Shown: positions 30,341 to 42,141, counted from the stretch's first letter. The stretch: 64,000 nt of DNA from Colwellia sp. (GCA_047633255.1 JBLIEW010000009.1:39056-103055); one strand, 5' to 3'. Notes: a model not told the origin generated them from the sequence alone. Numbers and translations are program-made.

Positions 30341-30361
30341 TTTACTATATTCATACGTGCT
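30324..30361. repeat. 14-bp perfect inverted repeat
   Basis: AGCACGTATGAATA, short loop, TATTCATACGTGCT. Confidence 0.8.
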
Positions 30362-30388
30362 TAATAATAGTAGTAGCTAGTGTAATGA

Positions 30389-30640
30389 CTATTGATTAAA
30401 CAATTTATCACGCTTCCACTGTGCTGTAGTGAAGGTTTTTACGGTCACAGCATGAATACTGCCATCTTTAATCGCGCCGGTTAACGCAGAAAATACCACT
30501 TGTTGACGTTTAACACGTGATAAGTCAGCAAACATATCAGCTACTGCTATAACACTGCATTGTGAACCATCAAACTTTACTTGAAGTTCATCAAGCGTTA
30601 GTGCGTCGTTAATTAGTTGTTCAATATCTTGTACTTCCAA
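30389..30640 (-). CDS. ibaG: BolA family protein IbaG
   Basis: SRVKRQQVV, IHAVTVKTFT; position between mlaB and murA. Confidence 0.9.
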   Translation of the reverse strand: MEVQDIEQLINDALTLDELQVKFDGSQCSVIAVADMFADLSRVKRQQVVFSALTGAIKDGSIHAVTVKTFTTAQWKRDKLFNQ

Positions 30641-30698
30641 GAGTAGTTCCTCTATCTGGTTAGTTACATTAAGCGAATTAATTAATCACTTAATCTTA

Positions 30699-30995
30699 TT
30701 ATTTAACAGGCAAAAAGCCTGCAACGCCGCTTAAGCGAATGAGTTTATCTAATTTAGTTGGTATATTAGCAAAAGATAAATCACAGTTATCAATACTTGC
30801 TTGTTCTAATAAATAAAAAAGCCAAGCTAATCCGGCCGTATCAATACGTGTGATTTGTGCTAAATCAAGTGTAGTTGATGAGGATGAAAATAACGCTTTA
30901 ATGCTTTTTTTTGTTATTTGCATAATAGAATGTCGAGTTAACTCACCACTAAATTCGGTTCCCGTAGAAGAGATATTTAAGGTTATTTTATCCAT
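30699..30995 (-). CDS. mlaB: STAS-domain subunit MlaB
   Basis: LDLAQITRIDTAGLAWL; position in mla operon. Confidence 0.88.
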   Translation of the reverse strand: MDKITLNISSTGTEFSGELTRHSIMQITKKSIKALFSSSSTTLDLAQITRIDTAGLAWLFYLLEQASIDNCDLSFANIPTKLDKLIRLSGVAGFLPVK

Positions 30996-31010
30996 ACGTT
31001 CAAATGCCCC

Positions 31011-31766
31011 TTAATCCGACTTATTTGCGGCTGAATTAGTTTTAAACACTATATCACGGTCACTTTTTTCCTTCAGTAATTCGGTCACATAAGGTAGTCC
31101 CTTTTGACGAATTACACCGCCTAATTCAGCTTGTTTACTGTCAAGTAAACTAACCCCCTCAGCGATCATATCAAATGCTTTCCACTCATTAGTTTTTCTA
31201 TCTTTACGTACTTTAAAAGAGACATCTATATCATCTCTTCCTTGCATAAGGACACGGGTATTTACCGCAACAATTCTTTTATCACTGAAGTTCCTTGCCG
31301 GCGAAAATTCAACAGGTTGGCCATCGTATAAGGTAAACACTTGCGCATACGAGGTCACTAAATAATCTCGAAATACTGGCACAAAGTTTTTACGCTCTTC
31401 CGCAGTCGTTTTCTTTAAATGCTTACCAATCACTTTAAATGCAGAGTATTTATAATTGATATAGGGCATTAGCTCTTCTCGAACGATGCCTTTGAGCATG
31501 TTTGGATTAGCTTTAATTGCTTGCTGTTCATCAGCAAAACGTTTAAACGTTTTACCGGCAACTGTTTTAATCATTAAATAAGGATCTTTCTTATCAACAT
31601 AAATACGATCAGTACTTGTTGATGACGGCGTTATATCCTCTGATAGTTGATCGTCTTGTGCTGCATCATGCGCATAAAGGCTAACGCTGAATAAGCTCGC
31701 CACTATAGTTAATATCAATAATGATGGCTTAACTAACTTTATCTTATTTAAATACTTCATTTTCAT
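31011..31766 (-). CDS. mlaC: Phospholipid-binding protein MlaC
   Basis: Signal peptide, WKAFDMIAEGVSLL; position in mla operon. Confidence 0.88.
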   Translation of the reverse strand: MKMKYLNKIKLVKPSLLILTIVASLFSVSLYAHDAAQDDQLSEDITPSSTSTDRIYVDKKDPYLMIKTVAGKTFKRFADEQQAIKANPNMLKGIVREELMPYINYKYSAFKVIGKHLKKTTAEERKNFVPVFRDYLVTSYAQVFTLYDGQPVEFSPARNFSDKRIVAVNTRVLMQGRDDIDVSFKVRKDRKTNEWKAFDMIAEGVSLLDSKQAELGGVIRQKGLPYVTELLKEKSDRDIVFKTNSAANKSD

Positions 31767-31768
31767 TA

Positions 31769-32239
31769 CTAATCACCGCTCCCTTGGCTAAATAAAAACT
31801 GTCCTATTAATTCTTCCAGTACTAAAGCTGGCTTAGTATCTTCAATAAAATCATCTGGCTGTAAAATTTCCAATGAGTCATCCATAAAGCCTGGTTGTAA
31901 GCCAATGTATTGTTCGCCCAGTAAGCCTGCAGTTAAAATAGCCACTGATGTTGCTTCTGAAAAACGGTTATATTTGCTATAAATTTTCATAGTAACCACG
32001 GGCGTATAATATTCGTCATCAAGCGATATATTACTAACACGACCAACAACGACACCGCCAACCTTTATTGGTGAACGTACTTTTAAACCCCCAATATTAT
32101 CAAATTTGGCAAATAGATTATAACTTTCTCCACCACCTGAAATACCGCTATTCGCTACTTTCAGTGACAGCATAAGTAACGCTGCAATACCTAAAGCAAC
32201 AAAAAAACCTACCATTAACTCTACTTTTTTTGACATCAT
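31769..32239 (-). CDS. mlaD: MCE protein MlaD
   Basis: ELMVGFFV, FDNIGGLKVRSP, TAGLLGEQY; start ATG 32239 after GGAG. Confidence 0.93.
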   Translation of the reverse strand: MMSKKVELMVGFFVALGIAALLMLSLKVANSGISGGGESYNLFAKFDNIGGLKVRSPIKVGGVVVGRVSNISLDDEYYTPVVTMKIYSKYNRFSEATSVAILTAGLLGEQYIGLQPGFMDDSLEILQPDDFIEDTKPALVLEELIGQFLFSQGSGD

Positions 32240-32339
32240 GTCTTTCTCCAAACGCCTTATCAATTGTCTAAAATTCGAAGCGGTTAACACTAGCTCGGAA
32301 CTATTAATTCAAATCCATTATCTTATATTTATTTTATAT

Positions 32340-33116
32340 TTATCTTGCAAACATTAATGCCGTTAAAATAAAATCTAATGCTAATACTAATAATGATGAT
32401 TGTACCACGGTTGAGGTAGTCGCCCGCGAAATTCCTTCAGAAGTAGGTACACAATCATAACCTTTATATACGGCAATCCAAGTCACTACAAAAGCAAAAA
32501 TAATACTTTTAATAATGCCGTTTAAAATATCTTTATTGAAGTCTACTTGATTTTGCATAACAGACCAAAATGTTCCTGCATCAACACCTAACCAATCAAC
32601 CCCCACCAAGTGTGCACCCAGAATACCTACTGCAGAAAAAATAGCAGCCAATAAGGGTAAGCTAATAAAACCAGCCCAAAAACGTGGGGCTATAATGCGG
32701 CGTAGAGGATCAACAGCCATCATTTCTAAACTAGACAATTGCTCTGTTGCTTTCATTAAACCAATTTCAGCCGTTAGTGCTGATCCCGCCCTACCCGCAA
32801 ATAATAATGCCGAGACTACGGGTCCTAATTCACGTAATAAAGATAATGCTACCATAGGGCCTAAACTCGCTTCAGCGCCATAATCAACTAATATAGTGTA
32901 GCCCTGCAATGCTAGCACCATACCAATAAAACCACCTGAAACCACGATGATAACCAATGACATTACACCAACATTATAAAGTTGCTGTAATAATAACGGG
33001 ATACCTTTGCGAGGGTTTGGCTTATGCAACAAAGCAGAAAGCAACAAAATAACTGCGCGTCCTAAACCGTTAAGCAGCTCTAGGGTATTTCGGCCTAATA
33101 ATTGTAACTGCAACAT
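32340..33116 (-). CDS. mlaE: Mla permease MlaE
   Basis: [30 protein letters not shown]. Confidence 0.95.
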   Translation of the reverse strand: MLQLQLLGRNTLELLNGLGRAVILLLSALLHKPNPRKGIPLLLQQLYNVGVMSLVIIVVSGGFIGMVLALQGYTILVDYGAEASLGPMVALSLLRELGPVVSALLFAGRAGSALTAEIGLMKATEQLSSLEMMAVDPLRRIIAPRFWAGFISLPLLAAIFSAVGILGAHLVGVDWLGVDAGTFWSVMQNQVDFNKDILNGIIKSIIFAFVVTWIAVYKGYDCVPTSEGISRATTSTVVQSSLLVLALDFILTALMFAR

Positions 33117-33955
33117 TATACTTTTCCCCGCTTATGTGCGGTAGGTAATAATTTAATGAGTTCATTTTGATAACTCGGTGCCGGATAATGAAATGGCACA
33201 GGCCCGTCAGCCTCGCCGTCCACAAACTGCTTCACCAGTGGCGATTTATCTTGTCTTATCTGATCAGGCGTACCATGACCAATGATTTTTTGTTCTGCAA
33301 TAATATAAATATAGTCGGCAATACTCATCACTTCAGGCACATCATGTGAAACGACAACAGATGTTACCCCTAATGCATCACTTAGAGAACGAATTAAACG
33401 AACAATTACCCCCATTGAAATAGGATCTTGGCCGGCAAAAGGTTCATCATACAAAATTAACTCAGGATCAAGTGCAATAGCACGGGCTAGCGCTACACGG
33501 CGCGCCATTCCCCCAGAAAGTTCGGTGGGTTGTAGATCTCGTGCACCACGCAATCCTACCGCTTCTAATTTCATTAATACTATTTTTTCAATAATTTTTT
33601 CAGGTAGCTTACTGTGTTCTCGAATAGGAAATGCGATGTTGTCAAAAACACTCATATCGGTAAAAAGAGCGCCACTTTGAAAGAGCATACTCATACGTTT
33701 GCGTGTTTCATATAAATCATTACGAGACAAACTAGGAATATCTTTACCTGAAAATAAAATTTTACCACTATCAGGTTTAATTTGTCCGCCGATTAAACGT
33801 AATAGTGTTGTTTTGCCAATACCACTTGGCCCCATAATTCCAGTCACTTTTCCAACGGGAATAGATAAACTAATATCATTATAAATAACGCGTTCGCCTC
33901 GCTTAAAAGTGAGGTTTTCAATTTCAATTAGGTTTTTTAGCACTGGTACTGTCAT
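33116..33955 (-). CDS. mlaF: Mla ATPase MlaF
   Basis: [27 protein letters not shown]. Confidence 0.95.
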   Translation of the reverse strand: MTVPVLKNLIEIENLTFKRGERVIYNDISLSIPVGKVTGIMGPSGIGKTTLLRLIGGQIKPDSGKILFSGKDIPSLSRNDLYETRKRMSMLFQSGALFTDMSVFDNIAFPIREHSKLPEKIIEKIVLMKLEAVGLRGARDLQPTELSGGMARRVALARAIALDPELILYDEPFAGQDPISMGVIVRLIRSLSDALGVTSVVVSHDVPEVMSIADYIYIIAEQKIIGHGTPDQIRQDKSPLVKQFVDGEADGPVPFHYPAPSYQNELIKLLPTAHKRGKV

Positions 33956-34305
33956 TTTATAACATCAATGTCGTTGGTTAATTTACTACTAGTAAGGATT
34001 ACAGAAAGCCTTACTTCTGAATAACAAGCGATTTTACCTGAGCACTCATCATTGTTCACTAAAAATTAATAATTAAAAGTAAAAAAATTGTCAGATAATG
34101 TAAGAGAGCGACTTTTTTACGTTTTTCTTTCCACTAATGAATAAAATTACAACAAACTCAAACTATTTTCTCTTTGAAGGCATTAATTACTTTGTTTTTC
34201 CTTCTCAAACAGCGACAATTTAACTTGTTGTGCCAAATAACTTAAGATTCCTCATATTTTATACTAGGGTCTTTTAATCTTTTGGTATATTAATTGGAGT
34301 TATAG

Positions 34306-35289
34306 ATGTTAGAACACGTTATTATTTTATTAATTGCCCTTGTAGTGCTTGTTTGGAGTGCTGATAAGTTTGTTTTAGGGGCTTCCTCTTTAGCAAGAAA
34401 TATTGGCGTTTCTCCAATGATTATTGGTTTAACTATCGTTGCTATGGGATCATCCGCCCCAGAAATGATGGTAGCCGCAGCGGCCTCACTGCAAGGTAAC
34501 CCTGATACAGCTATAGGTAATGCCATTGGCTCTAATATTACCAATATAGCCTTAGTACTTGGGCTGACCGTTTTGATAAAGCCTCTGGTTGTTTCCTCAT
34601 CCACGATTAGACAAGAACTGCCCCTGTTACTCATATTAACACTACTTACCTACTGGATGCTTTCTGACAATTTCTTTAGCTTTCTTGAAGGTCTGATATT
34701 AATGATTGGTTTTTTTACTTTTATTTCCGTTTTTTTAATTAAAGCATTAAGGCAGAGAAAAGATAACCTTGACGACCCTATGATAACTGAAGCTGAGCAA
34801 GGTGTGCCAGAAGCAACCAGTACCATTAAATCTATTTTTTGGCTTATTGCCGGTATTAGCTTGCTGGTTTCAAGTGCACATTTCCTGGTTGATTCCGCTA
34901 TATTTATCGCTAAAGCCTATGGTATTAGCGATTTAGTCATCGGTTTAACGGTTATTGCCTTAGGGACGAGTTTACCCGAATTAGCGGCATGTATTGCCAG
35001 TGTCATAAAAAAAGAAGACGATTTAGCCATGGGTAATATTGTCGGTTCTAATGTTTTTAATATATTAGCGGTATTGCCTTTCGCCGGTTTAATCGCCCCA
35101 GGAGAGATAAATCCCGAAGCTTCCTTTCGCGATGTCCCTATTCTAATTGCAATTACAGGCTTACTACTTCTATTATGTTTTAGTCGAAAATCTGGATGCT
35201 TTAGACTAACTCGCGCAAAAGGCGCACTCTTATTGATAAGCTTTATTGCTTATCAAATATTACTTTTTAGCCAGACAACTTTTAGCTAA
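34306..35289 (+). CDS. yrbG: Calcium/sodium antiporter (YrbG-like)
   Basis: GSSAPE, GTSLPE, GSN alpha-repeats; position before kdsD. Confidence 0.88.
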   Translation: MLEHVIILLIALVVLVWSADKFVLGASSLARNIGVSPMIIGLTIVAMGSSAPEMMVAAAASLQGNPDTAIGNAIGSNITNIALVLGLTVLIKPLVVSSSTIRQELPLLLILTLLTYWMLSDNFFSFLEGLILMIGFFTFISVFLIKALRQRKDNLDDPMITEAEQGVPEATSTIKSIFWLIAGISLLVSSAHFLVDSAIFIAKAYGISDLVIGLTVIALGTSLPELAACIASVIKKEDDLAMGNIVGSNVFNILAVLPFAGLIAPGEINPEASFRDVPILIAITGLLLLLCFSRKSGCFRLTRAKGALLLISFIAYQILLFSQTTFS

Positions 35290-35299
35290 GAGAAATATC

Positions 35300-36265
35300 A
35301 TGAAAAATTTTAAACAACTTGCCATCAACGTTATTAACATTGAACAACAAGCTATTATTGAGTTATTACAATATATTGACGACAGTTTTGAGAAAGCCTG
35401 CCAGTTAATGTTTAACTGTAAAGGTCGCGTAATCGTTATTGGTATGGGTAAATCTGGCCATATCGGCGGTAAAATAGCAGCCACATTGGCCAGCACCGGT
35501 ACTCCCGCGTTTTTTGTTCACCCAGGCGAAGCGAGTCATGGTGATTTAGGGATGATCACTAAAGATGACGTGGTGCTAACTATTTCGAACTCCGGTGAAA
35601 CCAGTGAAGTGTTAGCTATTATTCCTGTTATTAAACGCATTGGCGCTAAACTAATTTCGATGACAGGAAATACTACTTCTACCTTAGCTAAACTAGCTGA
35701 CACCCATGTTTGTGTTAAAGTATCCACTGAGGCGTGTCCATTAGGATTAGCGCCCACGTCAAGTACTACAGCCTCTCTTGTTATGGGTGATGCGCTTGCG
35801 GTTGCTCTACTTAATGCCCGAGACTTTACCGCCGATGACTTTGCTTTATCACACCCTGGAGGTAGCTTAGGTAAACGCTTATTATTATGCTTGAACGATA
35901 TTATGCATCAAGGTGAACGCTTACCTATGGTAAATGAGCGAGCACTAATCAAAGAGGCGCTAGTAGAAATGTCACTTAAAGGCTTAGGTATGACTGCGAT
36001 TGTTAATGATAATAAAGAATTGGTCGGTTTATTCACCGATGGTGACTTACGCCGTATTTTAGATGAGCGAATTGATATTCATCAAGACCTGATTTCTTCT
36101 GTTATGACAAGCTCACCCATGGTCGCGCAAGGTAATATGTTAGCAGCACAAGCACTGAACATAATGGAAGAAAATAAAATTAATGGTTTAATTATTGTTG
36201 ATGAACAACAACACCCCATTGGTGCAATGAATATGCATGATCTACTTCGCTCAGGAGTACTTTAA
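35300..36265 (+). CDS. kdsD: Arabinose-5-phosphate isomerase KdsD
   Basis: GMGKSGHIG, HPGEASHGDLG, SHPGG, CBS pair; start ATG 35300. Confidence 0.95.
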   Translation: MKNFKQLAINVINIEQQAIIELLQYIDDSFEKACQLMFNCKGRVIVIGMGKSGHIGGKIAATLASTGTPAFFVHPGEASHGDLGMITKDDVVLTISNSGETSEVLAIIPVIKRIGAKLISMTGNTTSTLAKLADTHVCVKVSTEACPLGLAPTSSTTASLVMGDALAVALLNARDFTADDFALSHPGGSLGKRLLLCLNDIMHQGERLPMVNERALIKEALVEMSLKGLGMTAIVNDNKELVGLFTDGDLRRILDERIDIHQDLISSVMTSSPMVAQGNMLAAQALNIMEENKINGLIIVDEQQHPIGAMNMHDLLRSGVL

Positions 36266-36834
36266 TGAACAACCTAATTAATACTAGCTCAAACACTTTA
36301 TACGGTATGGTGAACGAAAACATACTAGTTAATGCTAAAAAAATAAAACTTTTAGTGTGTGATGTAGACGGCGTTTTTTCCGATGGCAGAATCTACTTAG
36401 GCAATGACGGCGAAGAATTAAAAGCATTTCATACCAAAGACGGCTTTGGCATAAAAGCACTTGGCAGTAGTGGTGTCGCTGTCGCGATTATTACTGGCCG
36501 ACGCTCAGCCATTGTTGCCAAACGTATGGCCGCTCTTAATGTTGAACACATCATTCAAGGGCAAGAAGACAAGCTCCCCGCTTTACTTACTTTAGCAAAA
36601 GAGCTTGAACTAACTATTGACGAAATCGCCTACATTGGTGATGACATGCCAGACTTACCTTGTATTATACAAGTGGGTTTAGGTATTGCCGTACACGACG
36701 CACACCCAATGGTGTTAGCAAAAGCCGATTACACTACCTTTACTAAAGGAGGTTTTGGTGCAGTCAGAGAAGTGTGTGATTTAATTATGCAATGTCAAAA
36801 TTCACTTGATAGTGCAACAGGCGCCAGTATATGA
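36265..36834 (+). CDS. kdsC: KDO-8-phosphate phosphatase KdsC
   Basis: DVDGVFSDG, KDGFGI, YIGDD, GGFGAVRE. Confidence 0.95.
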   Translation: MNNLINTSSNTLYGMVNENILVNAKKIKLLVCDVDGVFSDGRIYLGNDGEELKAFHTKDGFGIKALGSSGVAVAIITGRRSAIVAKRMAALNVEHIIQGQEDKLPALLTLAKELELTIDEIAYIGDDMPDLPCIIQVGLGIAVHDAHPMVLAKADYTTFTKGGFGAVREVCDLIMQCQNSLDSATGASI

Positions 36835-37430
36835 CAAGACTGAATTTTTTAGCTTTATTAACGCTATTATTAGGCGGCATGGCCTATGCTATTATGGAAT
36901 GGCGTAACACCCAAATAATTCCCGGCGAAAGTATTGAAAAAGAATTAACGCCCGATTTTATAGCGGAAGCACTAAAAAGTAATATTTATACTCAATTAGG
37001 GCAACTATCCCACTCAGTTGTCGCTGATCGAATGGAGCATTACGCTAAACTTGAAGTGACCCATTTTGAGTTACCAAATTACATTTTATATCCAACAAGT
37101 AGCATTAAGTCAAAAAAGTCTTCGATTGAAAAGCAAAATTATCCATGGAAACTTAGTGCAAAAGAGGCAACACTGTATAAAAACAATAGGGTTATTTTGA
37201 ATCATCGCGTACACTTAAGCGCTACCGATGAAAATAGTCTGATACAAGAAATACATTGTAAATATTTAGAGTTAGATTTAAATACTAATATTATCAGTTC
37301 AGATCAAACAGTGATGGTGCAAGGGAAAGACTTCACAATGTATGGCTCGGGCTTGATAATTGACTTAAACACCAAACAAATGACACTGACTGAGCATGTA
37401 CGCACCATTTATAAAAAAGATAATAGCTAA
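36831..37430 (+). CDS. lptC: LPS export protein LptC
   Basis: N-terminal TM plus beta-jellyroll-like sequence; position. Confidence 0.85.
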   Translation: MTRLNFLALLTLLLGGMAYAIMEWRNTQIIPGESIEKELTPDFIAEALKSNIYTQLGQLSHSVVADRMEHYAKLEVTHFELPNYILYPTSSIKSKKSSIEKQNYPWKLSAKEATLYKNNRVILNHRVHLSATDENSLIQEIHCKYLELDLNTNIISSDQTVMVQGKDFTMYGSGLIIDLNTKQMTLTEHVRTIYKKDNS

Positions 37431-38010
37431 TCCCTTAATGATAATAAAAAAATTCACTATCGGCCTACTGCTTACCTCGCTAATCTTAGGCTTAACATCA
37501 CCTGCCAATGCGGCAAAAAAAGATCTTAACCAAGAAATAACCATTAAGTCTAAACGTCAGTCTGCTGACTTAAAAAACAAAATAGCCAGCTATTTAGATG
37601 ATGTTAGCATCACCCAAGGCTCTATTTCCATTGTTGCCGATATCGTTCAAGTTTATAGTAATGTGGATGATGAAACAGGTAAGAAGTTTGACACGTATCT
37701 GGCAAAAGGCCAGCCGGCTATTTTTAAACAACAATTAGAAGATGGCAGTTTAATTAGCTTACAAGCCAATGAAATAAAATATCAACCCGAACAATATATT
37801 ATTACCGTGTCAGGAAATGCTCAGGTAAAACAAGCCGGCAGTAAAATGAATGGTGATATCATCACTTACAACACCTTAAACGAAAAGTTAGAGGGACAAA
37901 GTAATAATGATGAACACGTTACCACTATTTTACAACCTGCCCAAATAAAAGCCCAACAAGATAACTCTAAACTTAAAAAAAAGAAAGCGAATGACAGTAA
38001 CAACAAATAA
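37396..38010 (+). CDS. lptA: LPS export periplasmic protein LptA
   Basis: Signal peptide, [18 protein letters not shown]; overlaps lptC end as in enterics. Confidence 0.88.
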   Translation: MYAPFIKKIIANPLMIIKKFTIGLLLTSLILGLTSPANAAKKDLNQEITIKSKRQSADLKNKIASYLDDVSITQGSISIVADIVQVYSNVDDETGKKFDTYLAKGQPAIFKQQLEDGSLISLQANEIKYQPEQYIITVSGNAQVKQAGSKMNGDIITYNTLNEKLEGQSNNDEHVTTILQPAQIKAQQDNSKLKKKKANDSNNK

Positions 38011-38773
38011 CCCAGATCCTACGATCATCAATAACGATAACTTGTCAAAATCAACGTTAATTGCGCAAGGTTTATCAAAATCGTATAAAAGTAAAAAAGT
38101 GGTTAAAAGTGTTAGTTTATCGGTTAGCGCTGGCCAAATAGTGGGCTTATTAGGGCCAAATGGTGCAGGTAAAACAACTTCTTTTTATATGATTGTTGGG
38201 CTGGTACCCAACGATGATGGCAAAATAATACTTAATAATGAAGATGTGACACTTGCCCCTATGCACGAACGTGCTCGTAAAGGTATCGGCTATTTACCAC
38301 AAGAAGCCTCAATATTTAGAAAACTGACTGTTACCGACAATATCATGGCTATTTTGCAAACACGAAAAAGCCTTAATGAACAAGACAGACAAGAAAAGCT
38401 AGAACACCTTTTAGAAGAGTTTAATATCAGCCATATCAAAGACAACTTAGGTATGAGTTTATCTGGTGGTGAAAGACGGCGAGTAGAAATAGCCCGAGCA
38501 CTTGCCGCAGAGCCGCAATTTATATTACTTGATGAACCCTTTGCGGGTGTTGATCCCATTTCGGTTGGTGATATCAAAAAAATAATTATTCAACTTAAAG
38601 AGCGTGGTATAGGTATACTGATAACTGATCATAACGTACGTGAAACGCTTGATGTGTGTGAGCATGCTTATATAGTAAGCCATGGCGAAATCATAGCTGA
38701 AGGTGATTCTAATCAAATTCTTGCCAATCAAAAGGTAAGAGATGTATACCTCGGTGAACAATTCAAGTTATAG
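37991..38773 (+). CDS. lptB: LPS export ATPase LptB
   Basis: [36 protein letters not shown]. Confidence 0.95.
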   Translation: MTVTTNNPDPTIINNDNLSKSTLIAQGLSKSYKSKKVVKSVSLSVSAGQIVGLLGPNGAGKTTSFYMIVGLVPNDDGKIILNNEDVTLAPMHERARKGIGYLPQEASIFRKLTVTDNIMAILQTRKSLNEQDRQEKLEHLLEEFNISHIKDNLGMSLSGGERRRVEIARALAAEPQFILLDEPFAGVDPISVGDIKKIIIQLKERGIGILITDHNVRETLDVCEHAYIVSHGEIIAEGDSNQILANQKVRDVYLGEQFKL

Positions 38774-38877
38774 TTAACACAGACAAGGGCAACTTCAGCT
38801 ATGCTTACAGCTAACAATTATAAATAAGCAAGCAAAGTTAATCAGCGTAATAAACGAATAGGATGTACATAAGGTAG

Positions 38878-40392
38878 ATGCGACCAACTCTGCAACTCCG
38901 TATAGGACAACAACTGACCATGACGCCGCAACTGCAACAAGCGATTAAGCTTTTGCAGTTATCAACGTTAGAACTGCAACAAGAAATTCAAGAAGTTCTT
39001 GAAAGTAACCCGTTGCTTGAAGTTAACGAAGACCAAACGTCTGATTCAGATAATAATTCTGCCGATAACCTAGAAGAGGCTTTTTCAGCAACCGTAACGG
39101 ATACGCCAAAAGAAGTCACTGATGGTTCAGAAGATGCCACTGCATCCATTGATGAAATAAGCACTACTGAAGCAATGGAAAAAAATGACATCCCTGAAGA
39201 GTTAAACATCGACACAACTTGGGAAGATAGCTATAGCGCAGGGGTATCTAATACCGGTGCAGTCAGTAGCCCAAGTGAAGATTATACCTACCAAGGTGAA
39301 ACTAGCGATTCCATTCAAGATCACTTATTGTGGCAGATGGAATTAACACCGTTCTCTGACACCGACAGAACCATCGCCATAGCTATAATTGAAGCCGTTG
39401 ATGATGCTGGTTACCTTACCGTTTCATCTGAAGATATTTTAGAAAGTGTCGGTATTGAAAATCTTGAACTAGATGAAGTAGAAGCGGTATTAAAACGGAT
39501 TAATGTCTTTGACCCTGTCGGTGTTGCCGCGCCATCTATTGCGGCTTGCTTGTTAATTCAGCTAAATCAATTTGACTTAAACACACCTTTCTTAAAAGAA
39601 AGTAAATTAATAATCAGCGAACATATTGATTTACTGGGTAATCGTGATTACCGTCAGCTTATGCGTAAAACACGTCTTAAAGAAGATCAATTACGCGAAG
39701 TAATGCGTTTAATTCAAAGTTTAAATCCTCGTCCAGGCGATACCGTCATTAAAGGCGACGATCAATATGTCATTCCCGATGTTACCGTTGAAAAGAAAAA
39801 TGGTCGTTGGATTGTAGAATTAAATTCAGACACAGCGCCGAAGCTGTCGATCAATCAGCAATACGCGGCAATGACAAAAACAACCAAATCCTCCAGCGGT
39901 GACGGACAGTTTATTCGAGCCAACTTGCAAGAAGCTAAGTGGTTTATAAAAAGCTTAGAGTCACGTAACGATACCTTACTAAAAGTATCTAATTGCATTG
40001 TACAACGCCAACAAGGCTTTTTAGAACATGGCGCAGAAGCAATGCGCCCTATGGTACTCAATGATATTGCAGAAGCGGTAGATATGCATGAGTCGACCAT
40101 ATCACGGGTAACAACTCAAAAATATATGCATACACCTAGAGGAATTTTTGAATTAAAATATTTCTTCTCAAGTCATGTCAGTACAGAGAATGGTGGAGAA
40201 TGTTCATCCACTGCGATCCGATCGCTGATTAAAAAACTCATTTTAGCGGAAATACCTGCTAAACCGCTAAGTGATAGTAAAATGGCCTCATTGTTGGCCG
40301 AGCAGGGAATTAATGTTGCTAGACGTACCATAGCCAAATATCGTGAATCTTTGTCTATTCCGCCGTCTAATCAACGTAAGAGTTTACTCTAA
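38878..40392 (+). CDS. rpoN: RNA polymerase sigma-54
   Basis: [21 protein letters not shown], RpoN box [10 protein letters not shown]. Confidence 0.97.
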   Translation: MRPTLQLRIGQQLTMTPQLQQAIKLLQLSTLELQQEIQEVLESNPLLEVNEDQTSDSDNNSADNLEEAFSATVTDTPKEVTDGSEDATASIDEISTTEAMEKNDIPEELNIDTTWEDSYSAGVSNTGAVSSPSEDYTYQGETSDSIQDHLLWQMELTPFSDTDRTIAIAIIEAVDDAGYLTVSSEDILESVGIENLELDEVEAVLKRINVFDPVGVAAPSIAACLLIQLNQFDLNTPFLKESKLIISEHIDLLGNRDYRQLMRKTRLKEDQLREVMRLIQSLNPRPGDTVIKGDDQYVIPDVTVEKKNGRWIVELNSDTAPKLSINQQYAAMTKTTKSSSGDGQFIRANLQEAKWFIKSLESRNDTLLKVSNCIVQRQQGFLEHGAEAMRPMVLNDIAEAVDMHESTISRVTTQKYMHTPRGIFELKYFFSSHVSTENGGECSSTAIRSLIKKLILAEIPAKPLSDSKMASLLAEQGINVARRTIAKYRESLSIPPSNQRKSLL

Positions 40393-40430
40393 AACTCACT
40401 ATCCGTATTTACCTTATAAGGAACATGTAT

Positions 40431-40718
40431 ATGCAAATTAATCTTACCGGACACCATGTAGACGTTACTTCATCATTACACGAATACGTTGATACTAAAT
40501 TTGCCAAACTAGAGCGACATTTCGATCATATCAATAATGTGCACGTCGTCTTAACCGTAGAAAAATTAGACCAAAAAGCTGAAGCAACTGTTCATATGAA
40601 TGGCACTGAAATCTTTGCCTCTTCAACCAACACTGATATGTACGCTTCTATTGATACCTTAGTCGATAAACTAGATCGCCAGGTACTCAAGTACAAAGGC
40701 AAAATCTCTCAACACTAA
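40431..40718 (+). CDS. hpf: Ribosome hibernation promoting factor
   Basis: MQINLTGHHVDVT, DMYASID; start at 40431 by RBS spacing. Confidence 0.93.
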   Translation: MQINLTGHHVDVTSSLHEYVDTKFAKLERHFDHINNVHVVLTVEKLDQKAEATVHMNGTEIFASSTNTDMYASIDTLVDKLDRQVLKYKGKISQH

Positions 40719-40744
40719 CACCATAGAAAACACCATAGAAAATT

Positions 40745-41203
40745 ATGACACTACAAGATATCCTAACACTTGACTGCACACAGTGTGCAGTCCCTGCTAG
40801 CAGCAAAAAACGTATTCTTGAACAAATCTGTCTATTAGCCGCCGAAAAAATGGGCAACTGTAGTGCAAGTGATTTATTAGATAGCATACTTAATAGAGAA
40901 AAAATGGGTAGCACCGGCATAGGTAATGGTATTGCCATACCCCATGGTAGATTAAGTAACACCAATAAAGCGATGGCGGTCTTATTAACCACTGAACAAG
41001 CGATTGATTTTGACGCGATAGATAACAAAGCTGTTGATATTTTTATTTGTTTATTTGTTCCTCAAGATAGCACCCAAGAGCACCTAAATACGTTGCAGAG
41101 TATAGCGCAATTATTCAGTGATCGAAAAACAGCAAAGCAAGTACGTAAATGTACGAACAACCTCCAATTATTTGATTTAATACAACAAAAAAAATCAAGT
41201 TAA
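40745..41203 (+). CDS. ptsN: PTS EIIA-Ntr
   Basis: REKMGSTGIGNGIAIPHGR. Confidence 0.93.
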   Translation: MTLQDILTLDCTQCAVPASSKKRILEQICLLAAEKMGNCSASDLLDSILNREKMGSTGIGNGIAIPHGRLSNTNKAMAVLLTTEQAIDFDAIDNKAVDIFICLFVPQDSTQEHLNTLQSIAQLFSDRKTAKQVRKCTNNLQLFDLIQQKKSS

Positions 41204-41274
41204 AACACACAGTGACGAAGTGATAATCTAGCATGGCTCGAAACTATTAACTTGCGACTCGGAAAATTAAATAC

Positions 41275-42141
41275 ATGAAACTTATTATTGTTAGTGGTCG
41301 CTCGGGCTCAGGTAAATCAGTCGCGTTAAGAGTATTAGAAGATTTAGGCTATTACTGCGTAGACAACATACCTATTAACTTATTACCGGCATTAACTCAT
41401 ACCGTTATTAATGACTATGAAAATGTTGCTGTAAGCTTAGATGTACGTAATCTTCCAAAAGATCCTCAAGATATTCCTGAAATTATTGAATATCTACCTA
41501 GTGCTGTGGACGTTACCACGCTTTATTTAGATGCCAATGATAACGATCTTATTCGCCGATTTAGTGAAACTCGTCGTTTACATCCGTTAATCAAAAAAAA
41601 TATAGCACTTGATCAAGCGATTGCGTTAGAGAAAGAATTATTAGTGCCTATTTCAGTCAACGCTGATTTGTATATTAATACCAGCCAATTAAGCCCACAT
41701 CAATTAGCTGATTTAGTCAGAGAGCGTATTTTAGGTAAGAAAACGGGTGCTATGGTTTTAGTATTCGAATCATTTGGCTTCAAACATGGTATACCTGCCG
41801 ATGCAGATTATGTTTTTGATGCGCGTTTTTTACCAAATCCGTTTTGGGAAAAAGAGCTCAAACCTTATACCGGCTTAGAACAGCCAGTAAAAGATTTCTT
41901 AGCTAGCCAACCCATAGTCACCAAATTTATTTGGCAAATTAATAGCTTTATGATGACTTGGTTACCCCATTTAGAACGTAATAATCGTAGTTATGTCACC
42001 ATTGCTATTGGTTGTACTGGTGGTAAACATAGATCAGTTTATATCGCCGAGTTGTTAGCAAATAACTTTCGTAAAGAGCAAAAAGACGTACAAACACATC
42101 ATCGAGATATTGAAAAATCAAAACAGTTACCCACACTATGA
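41275..42141 (+). CDS. rapZ: RNase adapter protein RapZ
   Basis: SGRSGSGKS, FSETRRLHPL, GCTGGKHRS. Confidence 0.95.
   Translation: MKLIIVSGRSGSGKSVALRVLEDLGYYCVDNIPINLLPALTHTVINDYENVAVSLDVRNLPKDPQDIPEIIEYLPSAVDVTTLYLDANDNDLIRRFSETRRLHPLIKKNIALDQAIALEKELLVPISVNADLYINTSQLSPHQLADLVRERILGKKTGAMVLVFESFGFKHGIPADADYVFDARFLPNPFWEKELKPYTGLEQPVKDFLASQPIVTKFIWQINSFMMTWLPHLERNNRSYVTIAIGCTGGKHRSVYIAELLANNFRKEQKDVQTHHRDIEKSKQLPTL

Noticed and set aside
34089-34105. TGTCAGATAATGTAAGA as another enhancer box
   Set aside because: Only one half-site matches, and no sigma54 element is nearby.
34290-34634. 114-aa antisense ORF, and similar shadow ORFs (e.g. 16157-16603, 29000-29452, 40687-41028, 42005-42373)
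   Set aside because: Overlap well-supported genes on the opposite strand; no independent signals.
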